Shown here: in pieces, positions 1 to 11,942 of the stretch | How positions within the stretch are numbered: the first letter of the stretch is position 1 | How the letters are laid out: every line of letters begins with the position of its first letter | Assembly: GCF_018350175.1 (NCBI RefSeq) | Contig: NC_058368.1 | Coordinates: forward strand, 237,710,001 to 237,774,000 | DNA length: 64,000 bases | Direction: 5' to 3' | Origin: Felis catus | Taxonomy: Eukaryota | Made by a program: the position numbers and the translations under genes | Notes under the pieces: generated by a model | What the model saw: only the letters and a program-made list of their open reading frames with translations | Told to the model about the DNA's origin: nothing | Database searches by the model: none

Positions 1-1760
1 TAAAGAATGTTCCCGTTTCTCCCCACCGGCCATCGCGTTTCTCCGTCTGCTTCTGGCCAGGCTGCTTGAGACCCTTCCCTTCCTCCCTCCCCTCTGCCCT
101 CCAGGCTGTTTCTGGTTTCACAATGTTCTAAAGTGACCTAGAGCTCCCGGGTGCCGTCTCTCCGTCGCTGGGCTGGCGACAATGGACTGGGGGAGGGGCA
201 GGGCAGGTGCTCTGGGAGGTGACCAGGGTCCCTCCTCACGCCCTTTCCTCCTGGGCGTGCCGTGCCCAGACTCCAGTGTCCCCAGGGCCCTCTGCCACGG
301 CCCCTCGTGGAGAAGGGTCCCCCGAAGGTGGGTCCCTGCCTGGTCGCGGCCCGGACGGCCTCCCCCGCAGGCAGCAGCTTCTCCTCCAACCAGCGGCCCC
401 TGCAGCGGGAGAGGCTGCCACGCCGCTGCCTCTAGGAGGTTCGAATAAAAGGATTCTTTCCGTGGACAGTGACCTAAGATAGACACGCTGGGCAAATTCT
501 GAAAGGACGGCTATTCTCCGTTTCAGCGGCGGCTCGAAAGGACACAAACGCAACCGCCCGAAACCGGATGGAGGCGGATCTTTCCAAAAGAACAACGAGG
601 CAGAAACAGCGCGTCTTAAAATCGCTCAGGGCTTCGACGTCTCGCGGCGCGGAACGTCCCGGTTCGCCTCCTGTGCGCGTGCGCCTGCCGGGGTGGGGGG
701 CAGGGCTGCGTCCCAGCCGCAGAGGCGCCCAGACCCGGGGGAGGGCGGCAGGCGGGGACTGTCCCCCCAGCCCCACGAGACCCCCTCCGGCCGGGAACAG
801 AGGCGGACAGCGCACCAGGGCACAGCCTGGCTCTGCGGCTGAGCGCCCTGCGTGCTCAGAGCCCGAGGACGCCACCGCCGGTGCCCTGGTGGCCGAGAGG
901 GCAGCGCCAGCCACGCCCGACGCCAGGGCGGAGTCACCCTCCTCCGACACGCCAGGGGACGGAGGAGAGCCGGCCTGACACAAGTTGTTTTCGCGGCCGC
1001 TCTTTGTGACGAGGGACTTCTGCTCCCCGTCAGCCCGGTGCCATCTGCTGCGGGAAACCAGGGCCCTTGAAGAAGGAGCCGCTCCTGAATTATTGATCAA
1101 TGATTAGCAAATGCAATCGAAATTGTAGACTGGATGTTGTGCGCGGATCCATAATTTATGAGCGGACAAAACAGGAGGTAGTAGAGGTAGCGGCAGGTGA
1201 TTTCAGCCCCGTATCGATTACGTAAGACAACAGGAGGGAAGTGGGCTGTGGCAGATGGAACAGAAGCTGACGGCTCCGGGCCGGCCGGCAGCGCGGCCAG
1301 AGCTGGGGAATACGGCGCCGCAGAAGCAAATACGTTTCTATTGTGCCTCTTTGATCACCATGCTGTTCCCTGAGACCAGAGGACATATTTGTTTATAATT
1401 TATGTATTCTCTCGCCATGAAAGATTGATGGTGCCCTATTAGATACTCCAGGATCTAAATTTCCAGATAGTTTGTACGGCGACAGCCGGCGACACGGTGT
1501 TGGGAAGCGTCCTCGGCCTTCCCTGGCAGAGGGGCGCCCCGGAGGGCTGTGCCCGGCAGCGCCCCCCTCACCCTTTCCCACCACCCCCCACTCCCCTGCG
1601 AGCTGAGCCGAGCCCAGCCCCCGGGACAGGCTCGGGGAAAACCCGGCCAGGACGCGGCCAGAAGGTGACCTGATTCTCAGCCCGCAGCCAGGGTTGTAGG
1701 TGGACGTTTTTCTCCTTCTGCGGACTTTGCGAGAGGACGGCCTGGCGCCCCCGCATCCGT
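1..1760. promoter_or_regulatory. CpG island (probably continues past the left edge of the window)
   Basis: Very high GC with dense CpG (CGCG, GCGC and GCGGCCGC sites) and no interspersed repeats. Boundaries judged by eye. Confidence 0.75.
980..1490. promoter_or_regulatory. Candidate developmental enhancer / conserved non-coding element inside the CpG island
   Basis: AT-rich non-repetitive patches containing ATTGATCAAT (1092-1101), ATAATTTATG twice (1151-1160, 1395-1404), ATCGAT (1213-1218), forkhead-like TGTTTAT (1390-1396) and PBX-HOX-like AGATTGATGG (1422-1431). Conservation not tested. Confidence 0.45.
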
Positions 1761-2343
1761 GATACTGGATATTGAAAAGTACACAATGTCAAGTGCGTGC
1801 TGGGTCAATTTAGAGCAAGGGTGGGGGGTGGCGGTTTTGCACCCAGGGGAGATGGAACACAGGGTAGGGGCATCTGGGGTGGTCACGGCCGGGGAGACTA
1901 TGTAGAAGGGGGGACGCTGCTAACCACAGTCCAGGGGGCAGAGGGGCACCCCAACAAAGAATCATTGCCCCCGATGCCCACCACAGCCATATCCTCCCTT
2001 CAAGGACACACAGTCTTGGCAGCCAAGAGGGGCTGGTGCTGGGTCTCCCGGAACTGGGGCTCCCGGAGTGGGGGCGGCTGCACCAGACTCTGGTCCAGAG
2101 AGGGTTCTCTGAACCCCCGTGTTGCAGTCTCCTCCCCAGTAAAGCGGGGAACAAGCTATGTCTTGTGTGATATGGAGGCAGCTCAGACACGGCACAGAGC
2201 CGGGTACGCAACTCGCATTCGGTGCACGTTAATGTCTCATTACGTTCGTTTTGACCTTCTGCTTCACCAAATGGGACAAACCCACATCCTTCACATTCGG
2301 AATTCCTCCGCGCAGGGTCTCATCTCTGCGATTTTCTCTCTGG

Positions 2344-2820
2344 CTACCTACCTATCCATCTATTATCTATCCACCCATCCATCCACCCATCTATCATCTA
2401 CCTATTATCTATCTATATATCCATCCATCCATCCATCCATCCACCCATCACCCATCCACCTATCATCTATCTATCATCTATCATCTATCTCTATCATCTA
2501 TCAGATATCCATCTGTACATCTATTATCTATTTATCAATCATCTATCTATCCAGCTATCCATTATCTATCATGTATCCTATCTACCCATCCATAAACTAT
2601 CATTCATGTATCTATTCATCTATCGTCTATCTATCTATACATCTATTATCTATTCATCCATCCATCCACCCATCCACCCATCTATTTATCATTTTTGTGT
2701 CTATCCATCCATCTATCCATTTATCATCTATCCATCCATCCATCTATTCACTGTCCTCTATCTGTCCATCCATCGCCTATCCATCTATCATCTATCTATC
2801 TATCTATCTATCTATCTATA
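2344..2820. repeat. Compound (ATCT)n/(ATCC)n simple repeat (GATA/GGAT on the minus strand)
   Basis: About 480 bp of degenerate TCTA/TCCA tetramers, ending in a perfect (ATCT)7 at 2790-2817. Confidence 0.97.
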
Positions 2821-4193
2821 GAGATGAATTAAATCAACTAAAACAAATTTCCTAATTCTTAGCCCAAAACCAAAATGTGGTGTGAATTGAGAACGAGGAG
2901 GAGAATTTTTTTTTTAAATCACTCTGTGGCTAGGATCTGCTCAACCCTGTAAAAAACTGCATCCTGGGGTCAGAAGTGACCACAGGAACCCACTGCAAAC
3001 TGCTCTTGAAAGTCCCAGCAAAGTATGTGAGCTTTGGGAACACTGCTCCATTCTGGAGAACATATACGAGGAAGCTTTTGAAATCAGTTTGAAACTCCTG
3101 CCCTCTATTGTTTTAAAAATGTAAAACAAAACAAAATGGAATTTGCTCACAAGAGCCTTCAGGGTTTCGCGTCATCTTTTTTGGTTTCTAACTAAAACGG
3201 ACAGTGAGTAGCTGTTTGCAGAAGCGCGGGCATCCCAGCTTTCCTAATGGCTTCCTGCTCAGATCTAGGAAATCATCAAACAACCCACATAGCCAACGGG
3301 TCCTCAATTATTGAGGAATGTTTGTTGCTTTAAAAATGGAACTAAGTTACACATGCAGGGTACACAGGGTGCACCACATCCGGGGCCGCTGGGCGGTCTG
3401 GGAGGTGGGGGGGCACCTGCCGGAACAGGGATGCAGTGCCCAGGCTGCTGAACTGTGCTACGTCTGCAGTAAAGTCCCGAGAAGCACAGGGTGTCTTCAT
3501 CCATTCCTAGGAGGAATTCTTTTCTAGTCACCGAAAATAACTCGGTCGGTGTGCTCGGAATCTGCAAGGAAAGATTCTGAACTGACAGTGAAGCCTGCCG
3601 TCGCTACGTGACCGCGCTCTGATGCAGGTGCTCTCGCGTGAGCAGGCCCGGGCTCCCAGGCGCTGTGGCCACCTGGGAAGTCACAGAGGCGTGGCCGCCT
3701 ACTCCTGGACACTCCTCAGAGACCCGAGGTCCGTGCGTGGCCTGCCTCTTGAATCCGGGCGGGCTTTTGGCCCCCTCGCCTGGTAGGGCAGGGCCGAGGG
3801 GATGTTACGTGACTTCCGAGGTGAGGTCGTAGAAGGCCGGCCAGCTGCTGCCTCCCACGGTCCCTGGCAGCCCTGAGCTGCCCCTTGAGAGATCCGGGCC
3901 ATCCTGAAGCCACGGTACCAGGGGGCCACTGGGGGTGCCCAGGCCGAGTCTTGTCGGAGCCCAGGCTTTTGGCCGGACCGGACGGGGAGCGCGCTGTCCC
4001 GAGAGCTCCAGACCGGCCACCTGCCAGCTTGAATGCACAGAGTGTCCACGCCACGGGGACAGAAGAATCAACCAGCTAAGCCCCAAACATTCCTGAACTA
4101 CAAAATGATGAAACTTGAAGAAACGGTTGGTGTTTGAGCTCCCTGAGCTTAGGGGTGGTTTGTTAGACAGCAATAGACAGATGCGATGCCAGG

Positions 4194-4361
4194 CCAATCC
4201 AAACCTCCAGGGGGCGGGGCTCTGGGGTCACAGCACCAATCCAAACCTCCAGGGGGCGGGGATCTGGGGTCATAGCACCAATCCAAACCTCCAGGGGCGG
4301 GGCCCCGGGGGTCACAGCACTCATCCAAACCTCCAGGGGGCGGGGCTCTGGGGTCACAGCA
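4194..4361. repeat. Minisatellite, 4 x 42 bp
   Basis: Unit CCAATCCAAACCTCCAGGGGGCGGGGCTCTGGGGTCACAGCA, starting at 4194, 4236, 4278 and 4320. Confidence 0.97.
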
Positions 4362-7300
4362 CAAACCTGACTTCCTTCAAGGGGCCCTGTTATCTCAGGG
4401 ACTTCCCGGACTGCGTGCAGACCACAGTCTGAAACCACACACACTTAACACAAAGAAGTGTGGGACGCTTAGCCTCATCCCCTCCAACACATCTGGTGTT
4501 TTCTAGTCTCTTCCTTTTTATTTAGCTCTCATTACTGAAATGCTGGCGAGGCCCCTGTGCGGCTCTCCCGTCCCGCGCTGTGGACACGCGCCTTCTGTTC
4601 TCAGGTCCCTGTCGTCCACTTGGTTGTTTGGTCCGCACCAAAAGGCTACTTCCCCAGCACCTGCTGGGCTGCTTTAATTTCTCTTAAATGCTGGTTTTGC
4701 CTTATTCGATTCCGGAGGGGATGACAAAGGATGGCAAGGTCTTGGGCGGCTTGAGTGTGGCCCCTGTCCGAGCCCCCCGGGGGCCTGTGCGGACGGCTGA
4801 GCACCGACCGCTGCGGGAACCGGCCGCCTCGTAAAAGTGTCCACCTTGGCCACGGGACTTTCCATCTGTCATTAACGGACTCTGTTTGCTGACCCCCGTT
4901 TCTGCTTGATGGGGGAAAGTTGCCTCATTTGTATTTTACAGGTAAATTCAATCACACCCAGGGACTTCTCAGCCAACCCCCAGTGTCCTCTGTCCCCCTG
5001 CCTAAAGCTGTATCTGCATCCGGTCCTGTGACAGTGACTCTCAGCATGGCACCTGCAGTCCGTGGTCACCGTCACAGGCCTCTCTGACCACCTTCGGGTC
5101 CCCAGCAGATACTACCCGCCGGGTGCCCCTTCTCTGTAGGGGGGCCTCTCCCTGGTCCTGACCTGTCGCAGCCACATGGGCATCCCTCTGAGGGCAGGGA
5201 AACTTCCAGACAGACTGCCAAGGTCGCTCTGGCTGCAAACTGACCTTGGCCTTGTGAGGGGTCCCTGCTGCTCATGTCCCGCGGGCACAGCCCTTCTCGG
5301 GGTCTCAGATGGAGGCAGGATGGACCATTGGTCCATCGCAGCCAGTCTAGTGAGGAGGGAAATGGGGAGCAGACACAGCGGCCTTGAGTCTGTCCGTGCA
5401 GATGTTACGCACCGACGAGACAGGTGTCTTTTCTCACCTTGTGCTCCAGACGCAGGGTCTGTGTGCTCAACTAATGTGAAGAACAGCAACACCAGCTATG
5501 AAAACGCCCCCCTTGAGAAACCCACTGACTTCTTGTTCCCCCTCGTACCCTGCTGTCTTCTCTCCCCAGGGCACAGGCAAGGGCGTGTGTGCACGTGTGT
5601 GCACGTGTGTGCGTTGGGGAGACCTAGCTGAGGGAGGAAGAGGGTCAGTAAAATATCAGTTTGTGTCTCTGGATTCCATCCAGTCATAGATAAATGCAGA
5701 CATTTATGAAATAGAACTGTCTTTTGCCTCAAAACAGGGGGCGTATAAAACCAAACACAAATCGTCACGGAGATAAAGGCAGTACCTAACAGGCAGGAAA
5801 GCCGTAGTGAAAGCTCGCTGCTAAGGAGTCAGCGCATTGGACAAGTTCACCTGAAACAGTCAGACCTTTTCTTTGACTCACTGTCTCCGGGGTCCCCCTG
5901 GGGGAAGAGCTGGGCACGGCCCTCGGTCCTTCCCGCCCGGAGGAAACACACGTTTAACGGTGCGATGCTCGTCCCCTGGCCGCGGGAGGTGGACACGTGG
6001 CCGTCCCCTGCTGCGGGTGCACTTGCCTCTGAGTACAGAGTGTCCACCGACCTACTCTCGGCTCTTCCCGGGTGACCAGGCTGGCTTTGCTGAACCGCCC
6101 TGCCCGGTGCCCGGCCCGGCCTGGCGGTGGACACCCTCGGGTTCCTTGGCCGCACGACATCTGGGGTGCGGAAAAACGGTCTTGGGTGATGGAACCGCGG
6201 TCCCCCGGTTTGGCTTCCCCACCATATTATTTCTGTCGCCGTGGCAGGACTGGAGCTCCTACCAGCTGCTGAGGCCCTAAGACCGAGGAGCCCCGGCCTC
6301 CCTGCTTGCTTCCGAGTGCTGGCCCCTGCCCGCTTCTTAGGCGAATTCTGCCTTTGAAAGATTAATTGATTCCCTGAACTTAAATATAGTGCGCTGCTCG
6401 TGGGGGGACCTTCCCTTTGTAAAGCTGCTGAATGATTCAGAGGGTCTCATTATTTCAGCAGGGCCACCCTGCTCTCCAGCTGTCGCCACCATATGCCGTG
6501 CCCGCCCGTGGACAGTGGCGGTGGGCAACACGGGGCCTCGGCCGGCCCAGGGGAAAAGACCGTGGCCACACTCCTCTTTCCGGGAGCCGTGTTTTGGCCC
6601 CAGCTAATTGACTCCTTAGGAATGACTGAATTTTTATAGGCAAGCAAACATACCTAAGATGTGTTTTAAAAGGAAAGCAATCACAGAAAAGCACCAGGAC
6701 TGACAGAACTGTGCGTTTGTGCTGGGGTCCGGTTAGGACACTTCCCCGGCCGGCTGCGACCCCAGGCTACCTGAAGTCCCTCTACATCAGGCCCCATCCC
6801 TTCGGCAAGTCCGTCGGCAAGCTTGTTGCGTGAGAACTTGCTCGAACGCGTTTGACGATGAGTGTGGGTTCTCCGCAGATACGGTTATAGCAAGCATTGG
6901 GAGCAGCTTCAGGTGAGCACACTGCAGAGGGTGGTCCCCCTTCTGGAACCATCCTAAGGAGGTTCCCTCAGCGGGGTGGCCGCCCCAGCTCCGGGCTGAA
7001 GATGCCGCAGCGGCAACCCTCGACCAGAAACACGGGGCTGGAAGGAAACGGAGAGGCTGTGTGCGGGCAGGTGGAACAGAAGGAAGGCTCAGACGAGACC
7101 CTGTGGCTGGGGCGCTGTTGGCGCGGCTCCTTGCGAGGAGGCAGGAGACCCCAGAGCACTTCCACAACGGGCCTCCTGCTGGCATACTGGTCTTGCTGGA
7201 CCTTGAGTGCCCGGGTCATGGAAGCCACCCAGTCGGTCTTCCCACCACGGAGGCCTGACTTCTGGTGACACCAAGTTCCGATTCCAGAAGTTTCCGGGGA

Positions 7301-8029
7301 TGACTGCCCTGGGCCCGGGTGCTCTCTGCTTGTAGGAGGTAGAGGCAGTGATATGATGCTATTGAGTGCCTCCGTGACGCTTCAAGAGGGAGGGACGTGG
7401 GAGGTTCGGCCCCCGTGGGAGCTGCAGTCATCCGGGGCAGACGGCTCAGGCGTGTGTGCCGAGAGCCCCCCTCTGGGCCTCGGCCTCCTCCCTGCCTGGG
7501 ACAGAGCAGAAGGAAGACTTGAAGGGAATCTATTGAGTGTCTTGTGTATATAGGTGTAGAGGTCTCCATTCTTCCCTGGGGATTTTGTCATTTATTGTTG
7601 GCATTTCGTTGTTAGAGTCTCTCTCTGTAGCCTTTGGTCTCTGGTAGGCCAAGTTGGGCAGTGAGAAAAGACATAATTTGGGGGGGGAAAACTTAATGGA
7701 AGCTATTTCCCATCTGACCCACCACGGTGAAGGAGCTGCTTGGGCCGACGTGCAGACCCCGTGCGTTCCCAGCTTGGGGACGGAGTGGGCAAAGCCTTCC
7801 AAGTCTGGGGCCCCCGCAGAGACGCCTGTGCCGGAGGCCCACCTCATCGACGCCTTGGTCCGCCGCCGTGTCGGCTGAACCTGACAAGTTTCTCTCTTCC
7901 TGCCTACCATTTTGTCTTCTTCCGTCGGTTCAGACTTGAGCAAAGAAAACGGGACTGTAAGATCCTCGTGAAGACATGCCAGGCCAGGTGTTAAACAAGT
8001 CACCTGCCTTTGCCCTCTTAACCTTAAAG

Positions 8030-8150
8030 AATTTTATGCGGGTGAACTGTTACCACGTCCATTCTGCAGACGAGGCCTGGGGCTCAGGGAGGGTCACATT
8101 CTCTAGGATCACACCAACTGTAAGTGGCAGTGATGGCTGGTTTTCTGCAT
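8030..8150 (-). mobile_element. MIR SINE core fragment
   Basis: CATTCTGCAGACGAGGCCTGGGGCTCAGGGAGGGTCA...GATCACACCAACTGTAAGTGGCAG resembles the antisense MIR core. Confidence 0.65.
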
Positions 8151-9189
8151 TCACCTGAAGGGATCACAGGGAGCCCTGGTATCCGGTTAAACCTTATTTC
8201 TGGGTGGGTCGATGAGGGTGTTTCCAGAAGAGGTCAGCACCTGAATTGGTAGGCTGGTGACGCACACGGCCCTCCCCAGTGCGCTGTGGCCGCACGCGGT
8301 CCATGGAGGGAGCTCGTGAAGCCAAGGGTGGAGTCACGCCTCTTCTCGAGTCCACACTGTCTACCCCAGAGTGTAGACAGCAGCTTGTGAGCGGGACTTC
8401 CTGACCCTCCTGATCCTGGGAGCCAATACCTCTTAATAAATCTCATTTATTCGTTCTGTGTCTCTGGAGATAGCTGACCAAGACAGGAGGTGGGATTAGA
8501 ACCCCAAATGCCAGACCCGGAGGCCCAGGTGTGCCTCCATGAAATCATGCTGAGGAGGGGGTCCTTCCACAAGGTTTCGAAACCAGCCTTGCTGCATAGC
8601 AGCTGGGGAGAAACACTCCCAATAACTAAGCTTCTGTGACTGAAATGGGGGCTTTTGTTCACTTTTGGGGCACACTGTTTGATTGTGTTTCGCTTCCAGG
8701 AAAACGTCCCAAAGGTCTCTTGAACACACAAGACATTTTGTACTCCGGCTGCCTGTTAGAATCATCAGGGCTCTGTGGAAACTACCAGTGCCCGTGCCCT
8801 TTATCACCTATGAAAACAGAATCTCAGAGGGGGAGGGGCCGTCCCAACAGGGGTCCTCTTTTTTTTTTAAGTCACAGATAATTTTATGTGCAGCTCAGTT
8901 TAAGACAAATGTATATCAAGTACGCATTCACCGTAAGTCAGTGGGGGGGGGGGGGGGGACCGTTGTCACCAAAAGACCAGGTACAGAAGATACGGTTGAT
9001 TCTCATCGTTTATGGTGGTCGTGTTCCGTAAAGTCACTGAGAACACAGATCAGCCACACACTCAGCCATCGCTCCTGGAGGAGGCCTGGGGGTAGGGTTC
9101 TGTGAGCCTTTGCGCGAAGCATTTTCCTCAGTCAATACACCATCTTGTTTTAGGGCTGTTTCTCTTTGAAGACATCTTATTGAATATAT

Positions 9190-9396
9190 GTATTTATTTA
9201 TTTTGAGAGAGAGAGAGAGTGTGAGCAGGGGAGGGGCAGAGAGAGAGGGCGGGAGAGAGAAAGACAAAATCCCAAGCAGGCCCCAGCACTGTCAGCAAGG
9301 AGCCCAATGTGGGGCTCGAGCTCACGAGCCATGAAATCCTGGCCTGGGCTGGAACCAAGCGTCAGAATCTTCATGGACTGAGCCACCCAGGCACCC
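9190..9396 (-). mobile_element. CanSINE (SINEC)
   Basis: Antisense TTTA tail, (GA)n tract and a tRNA-like head ending GAGCCACCCAGGCACCC. Confidence 0.95.
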
Positions 9397-9780
9397 GTTG
9401 TTGAATACACATCGCGGACTCGTTAACATTGAACGTTCGGCCAATGTAACACCGTAATCAGGGCTGAACGCAGCTTACCTAATCTGCATTTTCGGTGTGA
9501 GGCACTTTGCAGCCTGCTTGTGCTTGGGGTCACCAGACAGCACTTCTGCTCCACACTTGTGGCCACTTTAACCAGCAGTGACACCAACAATAAGCACAAA
9601 AAATTCAGAAAGCTTTGCATTCAGTAGACTGCAGGAAAGACGGTTATTTACAGCACGAGAGCTTAGCCCAGAAGGCCGAGCGTCGCCTGTGTCCACCTGC
9701 CCTGGGGACGTGCACCCAGAGACTCAGACGTCCCAGCTCTGCGCACACGTGGGTGAGTGATCGAGAAAGCTCTGTGAGTA

Positions 9781-10405
9781 CAGCCGTCCGCTCCCTTCCA
9801 CCGGGGACACGCTCCCAGACCCCCAGTGGGTGCCAGCAACCAAAGTGTCAGAGCCCACGTGGAAGTGTGCTTTTCCCTGTAATAAAGTTTAATTCACAAC
9901 AGAGTCCTGGAAGGAGACTAACAACAATGTGTAATAATGAAATAGTAGAACAAAACAATTATAACAACACACGGCAAAAAAAAATTACGTGAGAAGGTCT
10001 CTCTCTCGGAGCATCTTATTCTACTTGCACTCAGGCTACTTCTCCCTGTGATGCTGTGAGAGGGGGAAATGCCCGCGAGATGAGGCCAAGCGAGGGCATG
10101 ATGTAGGCGTGTACACGGTGTGAAGCCAACACTGAACTTTTTTATAATTTTTTTTAAGGTTTATTTATTATTGAGAGGCAGAGAGAGACAGAGCATGAGC
10201 AGGGGAGGGGCAGAGAGGGAGACACAGAACCCGAAGTAGGCTCCAGGCTCCGAGCCGGCAGCACAGAGCCCGACGCGGGGCTCGAACCCATGAACCGTGA
10301 GATCATGACCTGAGCTGAAGTCAGATGCTCGACCGACTGAGCCACCCAGGCGCCCCGCTACCACTGACCTTCTGACCCCATATCAGAAGGAGGACCCCTG
10401 CCTCC
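9781..10405 (+). mobile_element. TcMar-Tigger non-autonomous DNA transposon (MER82-like), interrupted by a SINE
   Basis: TA followed by CAGCCGTCC...GGGGACACGCTCCCAGACCCCCAGTGG (Tigger-type end). Internal ATAAAGTTTAATT...ACAATTATAACAA...GGTCTCTCTCTC...GACCTTCTGAC...TCAGAAGGAGGA matches the recalled consensus. Subfamily uncertain and 3' end not seen. Confidence 0.65.
10138..10356 (-). mobile_element. CanSINE (feliform SINEC)
   Basis: Full head (GGGGCGCCTGGGTGGCTCAGTCGG on the minus strand), CT tract and A-rich tail. Degenerate TSD (CCAACACTGAAC vs CTACCACTGACC). Confidence 0.96.
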
Positions 10406-11227
10406 CATCAGCAGTGACAGCAGAAAGAGGAACCACAGATTTGGGGGTTTCGAGAAGACTGGAGGCAGCAGGAGAAGTCTGCAGGTGGGGGACCCACGGC
10501 GGAGAGGGCGGGCGGTGTTCCGGTTTTGGAAGCAGGTGAGTCGCCCGGGTGGTGGAGCACGGCCACGTCCCCTAGGAAATCGGCTCTCTCGGGGACGAGG
10601 GCAGGTGGCAAAGGAGCCCGGCCCGTCATCCCGTGAGCCTCAGGGCAGTGGTGGGGCCACTGGGGTCTGGGGCTGAGTGAGTGAAAGCCAGGGTGTGCGC
10701 GAGGGGCAGAAGGAAGTGGACGTGAGTTTTCCCACTTCTGCGGAAACTCGCGGCAAGTTCACGGCCCTGTCTCCAGAAAGGGCGCCGGTGCCACGTGCAC
10801 GGTGGCCGCGTCTTCGGGGGACGGCAGCCCCGCGGAAGGGCAGGACCGGATCCTCCCTGAGCCTGGCTCCATCTGGCGGGACGGCGCGGTCTCCCCACCC
10901 CCTGTCCCGAGCCCCGCGCCCCGCGAGGTCCGGAGACACTCTCGGGGGAGGCCCTGGGGCCCAGCGGCGGCTGCCCTGCCCGCGGAAGCTCCCTGCGGAG
11001 GACACCCTGGGAGACGGGGTCCCTCTGCCTGAGGCCACGCTGCCCTGACCGATGAGCGACAGCCCCCGGGATGGAAGGCAGCGGCCGGCTGGGACCGCAC
11101 ATGTGCTCTCCGCGGTGGCCCCCACACCACCTCTGTCACCAGGGCCGTCACCCCAACCACCCGTGTGGGACACCGTGGTCCTCCACAAACCAGATCACAG
11201 CGTGGTGCACATCCATCCTCTCTCCAC

Positions 11228-11490
11228 ACGTGCTCACACACACTCACACACACACACACACACGCGTGCACGTGCTCATGTACATGCTCTCACACACATG
11301 CTCATGTACATGTTCTCACACACACATGCTCACACTTATGCTTACACACATACATACACTCACGCACACACCTTCACGTGCTGACACACTCACATACTCA
11401 TATGTTCACACACACTCTCACATGCTCCCAATTTACACACACGCTCACACACGCTCACACACACTCGCACACTTACACATGTGCTCACAC
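11228..11490. repeat. Degenerate (CA)n tract
   Basis: CA-rich low-complexity sequence read directly. Confidence 0.93.
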
Positions 11491-11724
11491 GTGGCCCAGA
11501 GACCTTTCCCACCTCCCCCGCCGCCGTGTGCACGGGCCCCCAGGCCAGCCCTGAGCAGCTCACTTCTTTCCCAGCTGTCCCCATCACGTAGTAATTTTCT
11601 ATAAAGCCTCTTGGCTCGTTTCCAGAGCCAGCCTCACATTTTTATCTGATGTTTCGAGAAGTGAAATGAGATGAATTTCAGCACCTTTCTATGCGGTGGT
11701 ATCCATTCGGCGTAAAATGTATGC

Positions 11725-11790
11725 GTGCATTCATTCATCCAGTAAGACATCAGCCAGGGCTTACTGGGCCCCAGGCTCCCGCTAGGTGTC
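11725..11790 (-). mobile_element. L2 LINE 3'-end fragment
   Basis: CATTCATTCATCCAGTAAGACATCAGCCAGGGCTTACTGGGCCCCAGGCTCCCGCTAGG resembles the antisense L2 terminus. Confidence 0.5.
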
Positions 11791-11831
11791 GAGGTGGGTG
11801 GTGGGGAGCTGGCCAAGACGGGACGAAGTAG

Positions 11832-11942
11832 GCTTCCTTCCTTCCTTCCTTCCCTCCTTCCTTCCTTCCTTCCTTCCTCCCTTCCTCCCTTCCTCCCTTC
11901 CTCCTTTCCTCCCTCACCCCCTTTCTGCCCTCTTCTGTTCTT
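11832..11942. repeat. (TTCC)n-like polypyrimidine tract
   Basis: About 110 nt that are almost entirely C/T. Confidence 0.93.

Noticed and set aside
1797..2855. 352-aa ORF, the longest in the track
   Set aside because: GTG start, and the second half is the (ATCT/ATCC)n tract translating to low-complexity S/I/Y/H/P/L. No recognisable domain.
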